DNA of 63,256 nt, the filler included, from Saprolegnia diclina VS20 (taxonomy: Eukaryota): the NCBI RefSeq assembly GCF_000281045.1. It is 12 parts of 6 records of this genome, joined end to end, with 100 filler letters (N's around TTAATTAATTAA, not from the genome) between each part and the next. Parts side by side here need not be neighbours in the genome. Positions count along the whole stretch, not along the records: positions 31,895 to 33,353 come from NW_008246211.1; positions 33,454 to 54,237 come from NW_008246211.1; 10 more parts are not named here. The stretch is one strand, 5' to 3'. The notes beneath the pieces were generated by a model. That model ran no database searches. It saw nothing but the letters and a program-made list of their open reading frames with translations, and was not told where the DNA came from. This document shows, piece by piece, positions 31,795-44,469 of the stretch (position 1 is its first letter; each line of letters opens with the position of its first letter). The translations under genes were made by a program, and so were the position numbers.

Positions 31795-33741
31795 NNNNNN
31801 NNNNNNNNNNNNNNNNNNNNNNNNNNNNNNNNNNNNNNTTAATTAATTAANNNNNNNNNNNNNNNNNNNNNNNNNNNNNNNNNNNNNNNNNNNNATACCA
31901 TGGACTTGTGTACTTTCAGCAAAGCCTCCTCGTCCAATATGTACGAGTGGCCACGCTGGCACCTTACCCGCGGTTCTGCCTCCTCCTGCGTACTGTAGAT
32001 CAAGCTCCTCCTGCCCGACGGGACCTGTCGTCCAGGACGAGGAAGACCTTCACGTGAAGCCTCCACGAGAAGTGTCGGAGCGGTATATATGTTTAAGCAA
32101 GTTGACTTTCATGCGCGGATGTTCCAAAGCCGCGTCGTTCTTTACAAATCTAGGGCGAATTACGCAGATACTAGGTTCCTGCGGAGTGGGCTGGTGGGAA
32201 ACCTCTTGTTGAGAGAAAGTGAAACTGATGATGGTCATGCTCATCAGCAGTGGAGTGGAATATGAAACGATACTGTGCCTCGGGCAGTGAAGCAGTGATA
32301 GGAATGCACGTTTCGGCGGACGTCGAGATGGTCTTGAGCAAGAGGACGCAGCCTTTTCATTCGGCGTCTCGCTGACCTTACTGGGTGGCGCGTGCCGAGG
32401 CTTTGCCCGCGCGCGATCTTGGCTTTCGGCTACTTTTGGGCAGGGGCGCTGGAGCCCGAGTCTTCCGCGTTGCTCAATAATGCGTAATGTGAATTATGTG
32501 GGAGCGAAAACTCTTGCAGTAGGCAAGGGCCGCACACAAGTGGGATGCGGTCAACACAAGGGCAGAAAATGTCGTTGGCTTGTACACTGTACCATTTCCG
32601 AACCAATGGGGAAGAGCTTGAGCGACACGCCGCGATACATAGCCACGGATCGAAGCGTGGGTCAAAAGTCGGGGGCCTCGGGGTCGAAGGGCCTAGCCTA
32701 GGGTCCCAAGAAGCTCTGAGGGCGGGGTCCGGGTCTATCCAGATCCTATCGGGACACTTATGGGGCATTGTACGCTGCCTTGTTGGCGACAAAACGTTGG
32801 ACATCATGCTTGTATGAGATATTGTACCCAAACACGACTTCATCATGGCGACAGAAGACGTCTTCCTCCTCGCAATTGAGCATGTCCATCATGGGCGGAT
32901 CCACCCTAGGGTGGGCCTTGACCCCGGGTGACCCAGGGGTCCTATCGAAAGACATGAAGATATTAATCCCCCGTGGGTTGGTGTAACCAGAGGCGCCTCT
33001 CTTTGTGTGTGTTTTCGATGTAAATCATGGATATTAACTTGCGTGGTAGATAGTTAGAAGAGCTCCGTTGCTCGCAAAACTTGGATTGAGCGCCGGTGGT
33101 ACACAAAATTTTCCCTTCGAACAATATCGCCGCTCATATGCATGTAATAAAGTTCTAGAAACTTCTGGAAGGACGAACACTTCTGAAACACGCGCCAACA
33201 GGCAGTTGACCACCAGCCATTTTTACGAATCGGCCAATTGCCTTCAGAGGCGCCTTGGTGCTCGAAGTTCGAACTTCGATCATCCGCTTGTACAACAAAG
33301 CGCAAAAAGGCGATACATACCGAAATTCGCGTATCAAATACGGAAAAATAGCTNNNNNNNNNNNNNNNNNNNNNNNNNNNNNNNNNNNNNNNNNNNNTTA
33401 ATTAATTAANNNNNNNNNNNNNNNNNNNNNNNNNNNNNNNNNNNNNNNNNNNNGCGTCCAGAGCTCTTGGCAGATCCGACAAGCGTTGCGGCACGACCCA
33501 GTGCCATTTCGCTTACCAACTCAAGTGCACCAGACACCAACAGCGCTATCTTAACCCTCCCGCGACGGAGAGTTTTGGACGATAATCGCCCAGAGCAAAA
33601 ATCATTTTCGGCTATTTGCGACAATTTTTAATATGAAACTATATATGGGATCTCCGGCGGCGGTGCTTCATTAAAACTGATGTATCAGCAAGTTTTTTAT
33701 GAGCTGAACCATTGCAAACACCGTTGCAGAGGATGCATCGT

Positions 33742-33820
33742 AGCATTTGGTGTAGTGGTCTATATGCTGGCGTCGGGAGCACGCATGTTTGCGCCAGTTC
33801 AATCCCGCAAAGGGCCTTTT
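33742..33820 (+). pseudogene. Degenerate tRNA-like sequence (tRNA-Pro(CGG)-like pseudogene or SINE head)
   Basis: A-box TGGTGTAGTGG (33748), TCGGG anticodon-like loop, B-box GTTCAATCC (33797), then TTTT. Stems pair poorly. Confidence 0.5.
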
Positions 33821-36152
33821 GCACTCCCTTCTTTTTGGCATTGCGCGCTATTTTCAGCATTTTTGCCGGCGTCGATTGACCTCGCGAACGGAGTCCGTGT
33901 TTGCGGTCGCAGAATCGCCGTTCGGGGCTTGCATGAATAGAATAATGTATAAAGTGTCCACGCTACCGAAGTTTGACGTTTCAACCATCGTTTATCGTCG
34001 AATAAGGTTCGAAATCATTGCATTGGGCGCCATCCCTGGTACCTTGGAGGGCCAAAGCTCCTCGCTATAGTCTTCGTACACCTTGCTGGGCGAGTTGAAG
34101 CGTACCAATGTCCTCATCGACTAATGCTATAGAGGAATTGCACCACATATGACGGCGTTGCGCTTGAGAAGCGCCGACGAGGAAAAAGCCCGAATCATGC
34201 TTGCAAACCTGCGGGAGGTCTAGCGTGTGCATGCCGAAGACAATGTTTGCTTGTGAGTACAATATGCTCGCGGCCGTTGTCCAACATCAGCCATGATAAT
34301 AGCACGAATGAAAGAAGCAGCTCAAACGGCACGATTCCCTTTGTGCACTCTGCACAATCATGAAGACGAATGCGGTAAAAGACTTCACGCTCCATGCGTC
34401 ACCCGGCTTGTGTCGAATAAACGCTGGGGCTTGCTTTAGTCACCGAGCGCAATCAGCACGATCGGGCACCACTCTCAACTCTGTACAATCGTCAGAGCAA
34501 CCACATCACTCGAGCAGCGGGTATCGATGACACCAGCGACTGCATTGCCGTTGTGGAACGACGGAAACTCCACTACTCATACGTGCTGCGCCCCCTTTTC
34601 CGAAAAAACACTGCTCAAGCTATCCAGCCTCTATAGGAAGACCGCCCGCTACGGCTTGCAGCGTCGTCCCCGTGGTTTTCGCTTTATGCATGTATGCTCC
34701 CTTGCTACCGGTACTGATGCGACGACCGATGTTCTTCGCCCCTGAGCCAACCATTCAAAGAGCATCTCACGCACTGCAAACCGCGAATGCTACATAGAAG
34801 GCATAGAAGGACTCGGAGCGCGCAGAATGACAGTCGTGGTAGTACTAGGCCCAGCATACCCTGCGTCCCTTTCTCCTCCTTGATCAAGGCCAAGTTCGTA
34901 ACATCGTTTGGCTCCTGACACTTGTCGGTCGTGCATCCTACGGGCAGCTCTTTGGCGTTGCAGCCGCGTCGCTCCTTCAGCACGCGAGGCTTGGTCTCCA
35001 TGGCTTGGCGCTCGTCGGCGTTGCCGGCTTTGCGGGGAACTGTTCTGTGCCTTCACGACCAATGATGTGTCCGACCTCCAGCCATTGACATTGCAGCCTC
35101 ATTTGCAATGTTGCGTACGGATTCTATATTCCCTTATATGGTATGAGTGCGACGATGTCTCACGCTGACGTGGAGCATCCATGAGCAGTTCACCCACTCA
35201 CTGAAGGGAATTATCTGACACATGGCTCACGGTGAATTTTATTGCGCGAGGCAACAGCACGAAAGCGACAAAATATTTTTTGACCTCGAGTATTATATGG
35301 CCAATCATCAGCGACCTGCACCCACAGACGACCAATCAAATGCGGCAAATAAAAATAAAATAAACTGCAAAGCACGTGAAACATTTGGGCGATTATCGCC
35401 CAAAGCCATAATGCCCAAACCGTCGCGGGAGGGTTAAGGTACAAAATACATCACGACTCCAGTGCCAGAATATACCTTTATAAAACTCATTGCTTATATC
35501 TTTTTCCAAATGAAAAATGATTAAAGGCGCTGCAACATACTCGCGAGCTGCATGCTCGTCGGACGCGACTCGGGGGCNNNNNNNNNNNNNNNNNNNNNNN
35601 NNNNNNNNNNNNNNNNNNNNNNNNNNNNNNNNNNNNNNNNNNNNNNNNNNNNNNNNNNNNNNNNNNNNNNNNNNNNNNNNNNNNNNNNNNNNNNNNNNNN
35701 NNNNNNNNNNNNNNNNNNNNNNNNNNNNNNNNNNNNNNNNNNNNNNNNNNNNNNNNNNNNNNNNNNNNNNNNNNNNNNNNNNNNNNNNNNNNNNNNNNNN
35801 NNNNNNNNNNNNNNNNNNNNNNNNNNNNNNNNNNNNNNNNNNNNNNNNNNNNNNNNNNNNNNNNNNNNNNNNNNNNNNNNNNNNNNNNNNNNNNNNNNNN
35901 NNNNNNNNNNNNNNNNNNNNNNNNNNNNNNNNNNNNNNNNNNNNNNNNNNNNNNNNNNNNNNNNNNNNNNNNNNNNNNNNNNNNNNNNNNNNNNNNNNNN
36001 NNNNNNNNNNNNNNNNNNNNNNNNNNNNNNNNNNNNNNNNNNNNNNNNNNNNNNNNNNNNNNNNNNNNNNNNNNNNNNNNNNNNNNNNNNNNNNNNNNNN
36101 NNNNNNNNNNNNNNNNNNNNNNNNNNNNNNNNNNNNNNNNNNNNNNNNNNNN

Positions 36153-38485
36153 GACTTGAGCTTTTGGTCCCAGCTAAACGACGCCGGCGAGTTGGTCGCG
36201 AGGTAGTTGCGGAGGTCGCCGAGGTCCATGTACTCGACGACGCACTCCATTTCGATCGGACGGCGCCAGCTCGCGCCGACAAACTTGACGATAAAGTCGC
36301 TGTTCATGCTACACAATCACGGAATCGTCAGCCAAGTTGTCGATCCCAACCGAGACTCGAGTGCGTACCGCGCCACGAGCTTGATCTCTTCGATAAACTG
36401 AAAGACGCTGGCGGGCGACTGGTCCTTGAGCTTCTTGATCGCGACTTTCTCGTTGCCGTGCTGCCCGAGCCACACCTCGCCGTACGCGCCGGACGAGATT
36501 GGACGCTCCGAAATGACTGTCAGATCCGAGAGCTCGAGCTTGTGGGGCCGAAGCGGCGCGACGTCGAGGAAGATGTCGCCTTCGGACATGATCGAGGTTG
36601 CTGTCGGGAGACCGCCGCTCGATGGAGCGTGGCCGCCCGAGCCACCAGTCGACGTGCGTGGCGGCACAAATGGAACCGACCCGCCGGTCGGAGCCGAGTA
36701 GTCGGAGCCGCGACTGCTCGCAACATACGTTGGCGCATAATGGCTCGGCGGAGCCGGAGCGGGTTGCTTGGGCGGTACGTACAACGGCGGCTCGGGCGAC
36801 TGGTACTGGTACGGCTCGGGCTCCATCGGCTGGTAGACGTACGCCTGCGTCGTCGGCGGCGCATACTGGTACTCGGCGGTCACCGGCGGCGGCTTGTCCG
36901 CTTGGCGGCGTCGGATGAGCAGGACGACAAGCACGACAATGACGAGACCGCCAACGATGAGTCCAATGATGAGGCCCGTGCCTACGCAAAGCGAGCGTCA
37001 GACACTCAGATCTGGTAGACGCGAGAGCCTACTGGCGCCAGACGACGAGTTATTGTCATCGCCAGACTTTTGCGACCCGCCGGACGGAGTCGGTGATTTC
37101 GTACTGGGTGCACTCGTCGTCGTGACGCGGGACGCTCCTACACACGAGTTGATACATTGAAAGAAAATATGAAATCCACCAACCAGGAGTCGCGACGCAG
37201 ACGTTGATCGTGTAGGACGCGGACGTTGCCCAGAGCGACCGAATCTGTCCGTTGATCGCCGAGCACGCAGACGAGCTCGTCAAGATGCTCCGCGAGACGA
37301 CAAAGCCGACGTAATTGTCGGTATCGCCGTCCCATTTCTTGAGGGCGTTGAGTGCAGCGTACGTCTGCGGCGTCACGGTAAAGTTGGAGATGGGGCAGTC
37401 CTTGATCTCGCTATATGGACTATATATGAGCCGAGGGCGAGGACATGGCGACGGACAAGAACGCGAGCTGCGTCGAGAGCTCGACAAAGGCAAAGGTCAC
37501 GAGCGGGTTGAAGCCAAGACGCCTACACACGTTGCAGCTGCGGCCGCACACAAGACGAGGACGTACACGAACGTGACAGCTGACCAGTCCATGTTGCTCA
37601 CTTCGGTCAGCTCATTGTTGTAGAAGTTCCTACATCAAACAGAATATGAGAATCCAACGACCAATCCAAAGCGGCGGTTCATACAGCAAGGTCGGCGTCG
37701 GCGGAATGCCCGCCAGCGTCTTGAGCGAGTTGGCCCCAAACGCGCTAAAGAGAGGCATGAGACAATGGAGTCATGACGTGTACGTACAGCACACGGACGC
37801 TCGAGGGTATGCCGGACGGCAGCCGCGTCAGATAATTCCAGTTCCAGTTCCTAGATCCAACAGCGTTTCTCGAGCGCCATCAAACAGGAAATGCATACAG
37901 TGTTTTGACGCCCGACGGAAACGTAAACGTGCTCGGAACGCTGTAGAGCGAGCAGTTGATAAAGTCCCTACTCGCCAAATAACGTCATATCGCAAACAAA
38001 GGAATCGGCGGTCGTACAAGGTGGTGAGCGCTGGCCACGGCGGCGTGATTTGGCTCAGTGAAATCGACTTGATGTTTTGAAAGTACCTAGTCCATTGTCA
38101 ATAGTGTCATTCCGAATGACGTTGTTGTACATGTTTTCGAGCGTCTTGGGCAGCACCATTTGCGAGAGGTCGATCGTCGATGTGTTTTGAATCGTCCTAC
38201 GCAGCTCAGATGAGTCGAATAATGCGATCAACTAGACTCGTACAGGTCCGGGTTGGGGTAGTTGGCCAAGTTGCCAAGCGCTTGAAAGTTGGTGAACAAG
38301 TCGTACGACGCCTTGTACGTGAAATTGAGCAGCGCGCAGTCGGACGAGCGCACGATGCACCACTGCTGGCTGCCGCAGTTGCTGTCGGCGACGATCACTT
38401 CCTTGGCGAGCACGGCCGCGTACGGGCACGCGGCGTTGGCGACGCCGGCGAGGCCCAGCACCAGCGCCCACACTTTTGTTTGCAT
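36153..38485 (-). CDS. LRR receptor-like TKL kinase 1 (signal peptide, Cys cap, LRR exons, TM, kinase; 3' end in gap)
   Basis: MQTKVWALVLGLAGVANA signal peptide, CPY..VADSNC...C...C cap, TM GLIIGLIVGGLVIVVLVVLLIRRR, and kinase motifs SGAYGEVW, VAIKK, EIKL, EYMDLGDL. Confidence 0.9.
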
Positions 38486-39876
38486 GGCGCAGAATCCAAA
38501 GTGATGTGGGTGCTGCCCACACCAGGCCACAGTAGTACCTTCAACAAAATACGCGGGTTCAAATCCAGTTTTCGTTCCAGGTCCAGATTCCGACCAGGCC
38601 TTTCCTGGCCGTGACTAAAGCACTTTGTTCGTTGGTGCTCGATTGGGCTGTTGCTCGAGGCCCTAGAGTGAAAGCACGTCCAGGAAGTCCTCGTTGCCTC
38701 GTGTAGCATTGCGATATGCCAGCGGATTCCCACGCGCAGGTAATTGGGCTCACTGAATGTTCGGCGGAGATGGGATCAACTGAGTGCGCTGGGAAGCTCT
38801 TGGCAAGAAGCCATTGCGCACGGTTGTGAGGCGCGCATCGAGACGACAGGGTGCAGGACTAATGTCAGCTTCAAGAGAACAAAGACGCAGCAATGCTGTT
38901 TACAGGCACGTGGTCAGAACGGAGAATCCGGTGGTCAGCGCCGCGACCCGCGTTCTTGTCCCTCTGCGACGAGATGGCGCAGAGCAGGGCGAACGATCGG
39001 TTGCAAGAAAGATGGCTTGCACGAGCATTATCACTGCAGGGCATGTCGCTGCTGCTCACTGAATGCTACAACTGCGATAGATGGTCTTTGCCGTGGTCAT
39101 CAGCCTCGCCCATGCCGTTTGGACTATTTGAACGTTGAGATTGAGCTGTAGACGTGTAGACGTGGGTCCGAGGGAACACACGGTCGGTACATGAGGCGTC
39201 CAATGGTATTTCAACGTCGGACGACGATTGCTGGAGAACGAATGGCAACGTCAAATTTTATGATTGCCAAAATGATATTCTCCAATGCAATTCTGTCTGT
39301 CGAACTTTTTTGTCCGAAACGCGTCTAGATCACGTCAGTGATAGCACATTCTCTTGCACTTATTGTATTGCACACAACTAGTCGTACTCGAATGCGACGC
39401 CTCGTCCAACGCGAAAACACACATTGATCTGAAAGAGACACTGCGATGCCGGGTCCTTGAACACGAGCTTGCTCGGCATCAGGCAAACTGGCACCTCACA
39501 AGAGCCACTTCGCTAAGAAAATAGCAATCGAGATGGCTGCAGGAAGGGCGTTAGTCGTTCGATCGTCTGGCGGTGCAAACTTGAAAACGAGATTAGGCGT
39601 TACATTTCTTCAAGTCTCCAGGACTATGGCGGTGCTCTTCTGGCAACGTGCTCGAGGCGCATCGTTGTTCTCTATGGCCTTCCGATGAGCTTGACCAGAC
39701 TGTTGAACCGGTCCGAGCTCAGCCGCACGTCACTGATCATCACGCAAGGTTGTACGGTTACGTAGATGTGCTTAGTGTGCAGAGAGTGTTCCAGGGAGCA
39801 CGTATGGGCTGGGTACGCTGCGCGCCTGCTATGCGTTATGGCCTGTTACGTTATAGGATTTTAAGGCATTAACATA

Positions 39877-40437
39877 CAGCGGTATCGAAATTAGAAGAGG
39901 GTTTATATGACCTCAAATCCTGCGTTGTGATTGGCCGAATGGACCAGCCCAACTTCAACGATAAAACTCTATATTATTTTGTTTGACAGGTATCAGCAAT
40001 TGCAAGTGCAGCATTGATTGGTAATCAACTCGGAGGCATTGGGCATCACTTGCTAATCACCCTCGGTTGATTAGTAACCAGCGGAGCAATTCTTCTGGAC
40101 GGACTTGGCGGCGCAGCTTCAGGGTCTGGAGCTGGAAACGCTGACTCAGCTACATAAATTATGTTTATCTAGGCCACACTGCACTTTTCTTCGTGGCCGA
40201 AATAGCTGTTCAATTTCTCAAGATATCAAATTGATAATTACTAATCAATCCCAGGACTTCCTTTGTTGACTAATCAAGTTCTGCATCCCCTCTCGAATAT
40301 CATGCAGAAATATATTCATCACTTCGTGGAGGATATACTATATTAGAGGTTCAGCATGTCTCAACGCCGGTCCATTCGGCCAATCACAACGCAGGATTTG
40401 AGGTCATATTAACCCTCTTCTAATTTCGATACCGCTG
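39877..40437. mobile_element. 561-bp MITE, Tc1/mariner-pogo type
   Basis: 69-bp TIRs (39877-39945 and 40369-40437, one mismatch) beginning CAGCGGTATCG. TA on both sides (39875-76, 40438-39). No ORF. Confidence 0.93.
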
Positions 40438-42034
40438 TAACAGTGTTAGTAACAGGTTAGTAACGTAACGTTATTGCGTTATAACGGTTAGGTCCGCATC
40501 CTTGCATCACGGCTTTATATATATATATATGAACGTGTTCCGCGTTATCTTCATTATGACACAAAGACTTNNNNNNNNNNNNNNNNNNNNNNNNNNNNNN
40601 NNNNNNNNNNNNNNNNNNNNNNNNNNNNNNNNNNNNNNNNNNNNNNNNNNNNNNNNNNNNNNNNNNNNNNNNNNNNNNNNNNNNNNNNNNNNNNNNNNNN
40701 NNNNNNNNNNNNNNNNNNNNNNNNNNNNNNNNNNNNNNNNNNNNNNNNNNNNNNNNNNNNNNNNNNNNNNNNNNNNNNNNNNNNNNNNNNNNNNNNNNNN
40801 NNNNNNNNNNNNNNNNNNNNNNNNNNNNNNNNNNNNNNNNNNNNNNNNNNNNNNNNNNNNNNNNNNNNNNNNNNNNNNNNNNNNNNNNNNNNNNNNNNNN
40901 NNNNNNNNNNNNNNNNNNNNNNNNNNNNNNNNNNNNNNNNNNNNNNNNNNNNNNNNNNNNNNNNNNNNNNNNNNNNNNNNNNNNNNNNNNNNNNNNNNNN
41001 NNNNNNNNNNNNNNNNNNNNNNNNNNNNNNNNNNNNNNNNNNNNNNNNNNNNNNNNNNNNNNNNNNNNNNNNNNNNNNNNNNNNNNNNNNNNNNNNNNNN
41101 NNNNNNNNNNNNNNNNNNNNNNNNNNNNNNNNNNNNNNNNNNNNNNNNNNNNNNNNNNNNNNNNNNNNNNNNNNNNNNNNNNNNNNNNNNNNNNNNNNNN
41201 NNNNNNNNNNNNNNNNNNNNNNNNNNNNNNNNNNNNNNNNNNNNNNNNNNNNNNNNNNNNNNNNNNNNNNNNNNNNNNNNNNNNNNNNNNNNNNNNNNNN
41301 NNNNNNNNNNNNAGATCGTATCGTTCGAGTTTTAATGCAAATCGACGTACGTTTGCTCCAACCTGAAGCATACATGGGCACTATCTGCATGTATAGTATT
41401 GGGACCACCTCGCACACAGCCATCACAACTCCAAATCATTTCACCACCAAACGCAGCAATCCCAGATGTCCTGTAAAACCATCACTCTTGACCATCATTC
41501 CAATGTGGACAGGCGCCGCTTCGGATCACGCCACTCAACTTCGTACATCATACCTCACCAAGTAGAGCGCTTTTGGCGCGGGTCTCGGCACCGCTCGCTG
41601 CTCTTTTCGACAGCACTACAAAGTAGCACTATTGTGAACTTTTTTGCTCGAAAGAATTCTCGCTTATATACGTATCGGCATCGAGAATCCCACCACGCCT
41701 CGAAGGACAGTCGAAGTACGCCTCTGCTCAAAGATTTCGTGGACCACGTTACACGCTCCAAACGATCCTTGCACGGGTCGAGACGCCTTTTCGATAACCA
41801 TATTTTACGAATTCAAAAGGTTTACCGTGGTTATCGTGGTGGCAATCGTCGTGTAGAGGGTGACACAAGAGCTATGGGCTGCGCTTTGACTGGTACGTTG
41901 TGTACCTTGTAGTTTGGTTGTAAAGCAGCCAGCCATTCGAGACAGAATGAATTCTTTGGATTTGAGCTGGCTGAATTTGTCATTTGCGGTTTCTCGTCTC
42001 CAGAGGCATCGCTTGTGTTCTATCGTGTACTCTG

Positions 42035-42445
42035 ATGCATCCAGCAGCGCTCACACACTTGCCGGACGTGCTGCCTGTGCGACTGCCCAACTTGGACTTG
42101 GACGATCTCGTCTCCACGTCGTCGGACGAACTCTCGCCCTTTATCGCAAACGGCGTGAAAGATCCCGCGCCGGCAGCCATGCACCACCGACGTCGACGGA
42201 ACCGCGCGCTTGAGCTCGAGCTCATGATCACGGCCCTTCAGTCGCAGCTGACGGAGCTCCAGCACCGCCACGGCAAGGTTCGACGTCCATCCGACAATGC
42301 CTGGTACGCCCAGGCAAAAGCCGAAGGCATGGCGCTCCAGCGGGCGAGGCGCGAGAACGCGCAGCTTCTCGACGCTCTCAACGAACACATGCGACTGCGA
42401 CGGCTTCTCCAGCGCCATCTCCTTGGACGAACGTCCAGTAGATAG
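42035..42445 (+). CDS. Short M96-like / bZIP-like coiled-coil protein (136 aa)
   Basis: Basic HHRRRRNR plus heptad leucines, then WYAQAKAE...RARRENAQL..AL..H. Confidence 0.65.
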   Translation: MHPAALTHLPDVLPVRLPNLDLDDLVSTSSDELSPFIANGVKDPAPAAMHHRRRRNRALELELMITALQSQLTELQHRHGKVRRPSDNAWYAQAKAEGMALQRARRENAQLLDALNEHMRLRRLLQRHLLGRTSSR

Positions 42446-43613
42446 TGAAACAATCGACTGTCGATATATATAAAGGTGGACATTCTTGTCGTAGATAACA
42501 TATATAAAGAACGACCATCACGTCGTACTTTACGTCTCGTACAAGACTTAAGCTTTGCTTGGAAATGTGAACGATGTTGGGTCACAACGGCGACGGACCA
42601 ACTTTTGACCAATGAGAGCGCCATAACAGCTATCGACATCGTTGATTCGTGAGTCACCTGCTTGTCGCAACCGATAAATAGCCAATGCAAGCGCGCATGA
42701 CGTTTTGCGGTACGCGGATTGGCCGAAACTCCGACATCTCGTGGGCTGTTTGCTATCCGAGCCGCCCATTTTCAGTTTTCGTTCCAGCACAAAAGCAGCG
42801 CCATCTAAGGGTGACATGCAACCTCGCAATACTATATCGAATATCAACCCGTATCGATCCATCAACTTGCTTTGTACTGACTGTGATTCTTGGTACGCGT
42901 TTGTGTGGCACCACATATGTACCGGTAGTTCCACGCTCACATTTTCTACTCGAGATCGACTTGAGCCAGCTGTGCGTTTATGAAATCGATTTGTTGCAAC
43001 TCGTCATATGTGACAAATGCCCGTGGACAGACCTTCGGACACATGACGCTACTGACCATCACTCCTGACCCACATTCTTGACAACCACTCTATTCTGGAC
43101 ATGGCACTGCCACGCCGAGACTCGACACCTGTCTCATATGTACCTCCTCCGCATCGACTATAGTAGTAAGGTCAAGCCAAGTCCGAATATAAGTCCCGTT
43201 AGTGTAGCCCTGCTGTGGACAGCCACTTCAACAAATCTCCTACAAGCGCGCCATTGCACTCGGGCCTGCTTCCCACGGATTGTCCAATAAGCCAACTTTG
43301 CAAGCGGTACACATCGTCCTTTTGTACATTTATTAGTATAGTTGTCCAACACGGTGATTTCGAGTGCAAGGTGCATGGGCTTGTGGGCGTACGCGTAACG
43401 TGCGGTCGACAGCGTGTGTCCAAGCCAACGAACCAGCTGTCGCTCCGACTCTCTCCTAGTCTCGACGGTCACACGTAGCAAGCTCATTCAGCGCTCGTGC
43501 ATGTTGGACACTGTCCAGCGCCAAAGAAATCATCATGGACGAGATTTTCCATGTTGAAGCATGTAGGAAGATAGCTCATTTATCATTTTCCTCCTCATTT
43601 CATCTCCCTTGAC

Positions 43614-44111
43614 ATGGCGCGCCCGAGCTTTCACTTCGACACGACGCTCGACGACAATGAAGAGGTCGACGACGGGAGCATTTCGGTCGCCGCTCTCTCG
43701 GCCTTCTTGGCACCCACTATGGATTTCGGCACCCCCACGGGCAGCCCCGCCCATAACGGCCAGGAAGCGTTGGGCGATGAGCAGTTGGCGGCGCTGTCGC
43801 TCTCACCACCGTCGTCGCCAATCACTGCCACCACCAAGCCCTTCCGGAATGCAAAGGAAGAGCACGACTACCTCCTCGCACAGCGCGAGACGCTCAAAGT
43901 GCAGCTGCAAACACTCTTGGCGGCCGACGCTGCGAATGGCGACCACCCGAACCCGTGGTTCAACCGCGCCCGCGACGAGATTCGAGCGACGCGCCGCTCC
44001 CAGCACGAAAACGCACACTTAAAAGAGGCGATCGAAGCACAGTTGAAGCAGATTCGAAGACTCGAGCGTTCGGCGCGACGAAAGAAGAAGCTGCAACATC
44101 CGAGCGCCTGA
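43614..44111 (+). CDS. Short M96-like coiled-coil protein (165 aa)
   Basis: RNAKEEHDYLLAQRETLKVQL, then WFNRARDE...RRSQHENAHLKEAIEAQ. Same pattern as 42035-42445. Confidence 0.7.
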   Translation: MARPSFHFDTTLDDNEEVDDGSISVAALSAFLAPTMDFGTPTGSPAHNGQEALGDEQLAALSLSPPSSPITATTKPFRNAKEEHDYLLAQRETLKVQLQTLLAADAANGDHPNPWFNRARDEIRATRRSQHENAHLKEAIEAQLKQIRRLERSARRKKKLQHPSA

Positions 44112-44469
44112 ACACGTCGTCTCGTACACTATTATATAGTTGTTGTCGAACATCGTTCAATAGTTGTACCTGACATCGTGCGTCATCACGTCCCACTCTG
44201 GTCACCACGCAAAAGCCATTGCGATCGTAGGCTTAAAATGTGCGTCCAAGGTGACCGACGCGACCGTCATCCGCGACTCCAGAATAGACAGTAAGCAGGC
44301 GACGTGGCTGCAACAAAATGAGCTGGAACGTCATGCGTGCATCGATGACAACGTCTTCAATTTGCGAGATGCACAGCACCGTCTCGCGGATAACGCTGGT
44401 CGTCGCGTAGATGCTAAAATGCTGATTGTATAGATTATTACTTTTCCGACTACGAGAGTTATAACGGGA

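Noticed and set aside
35005..35055. FYVE-like RRRCRLCGELFC
   Set aside because: Lacks the HHC motif and the remaining Cys pairs; isolated short ORF.
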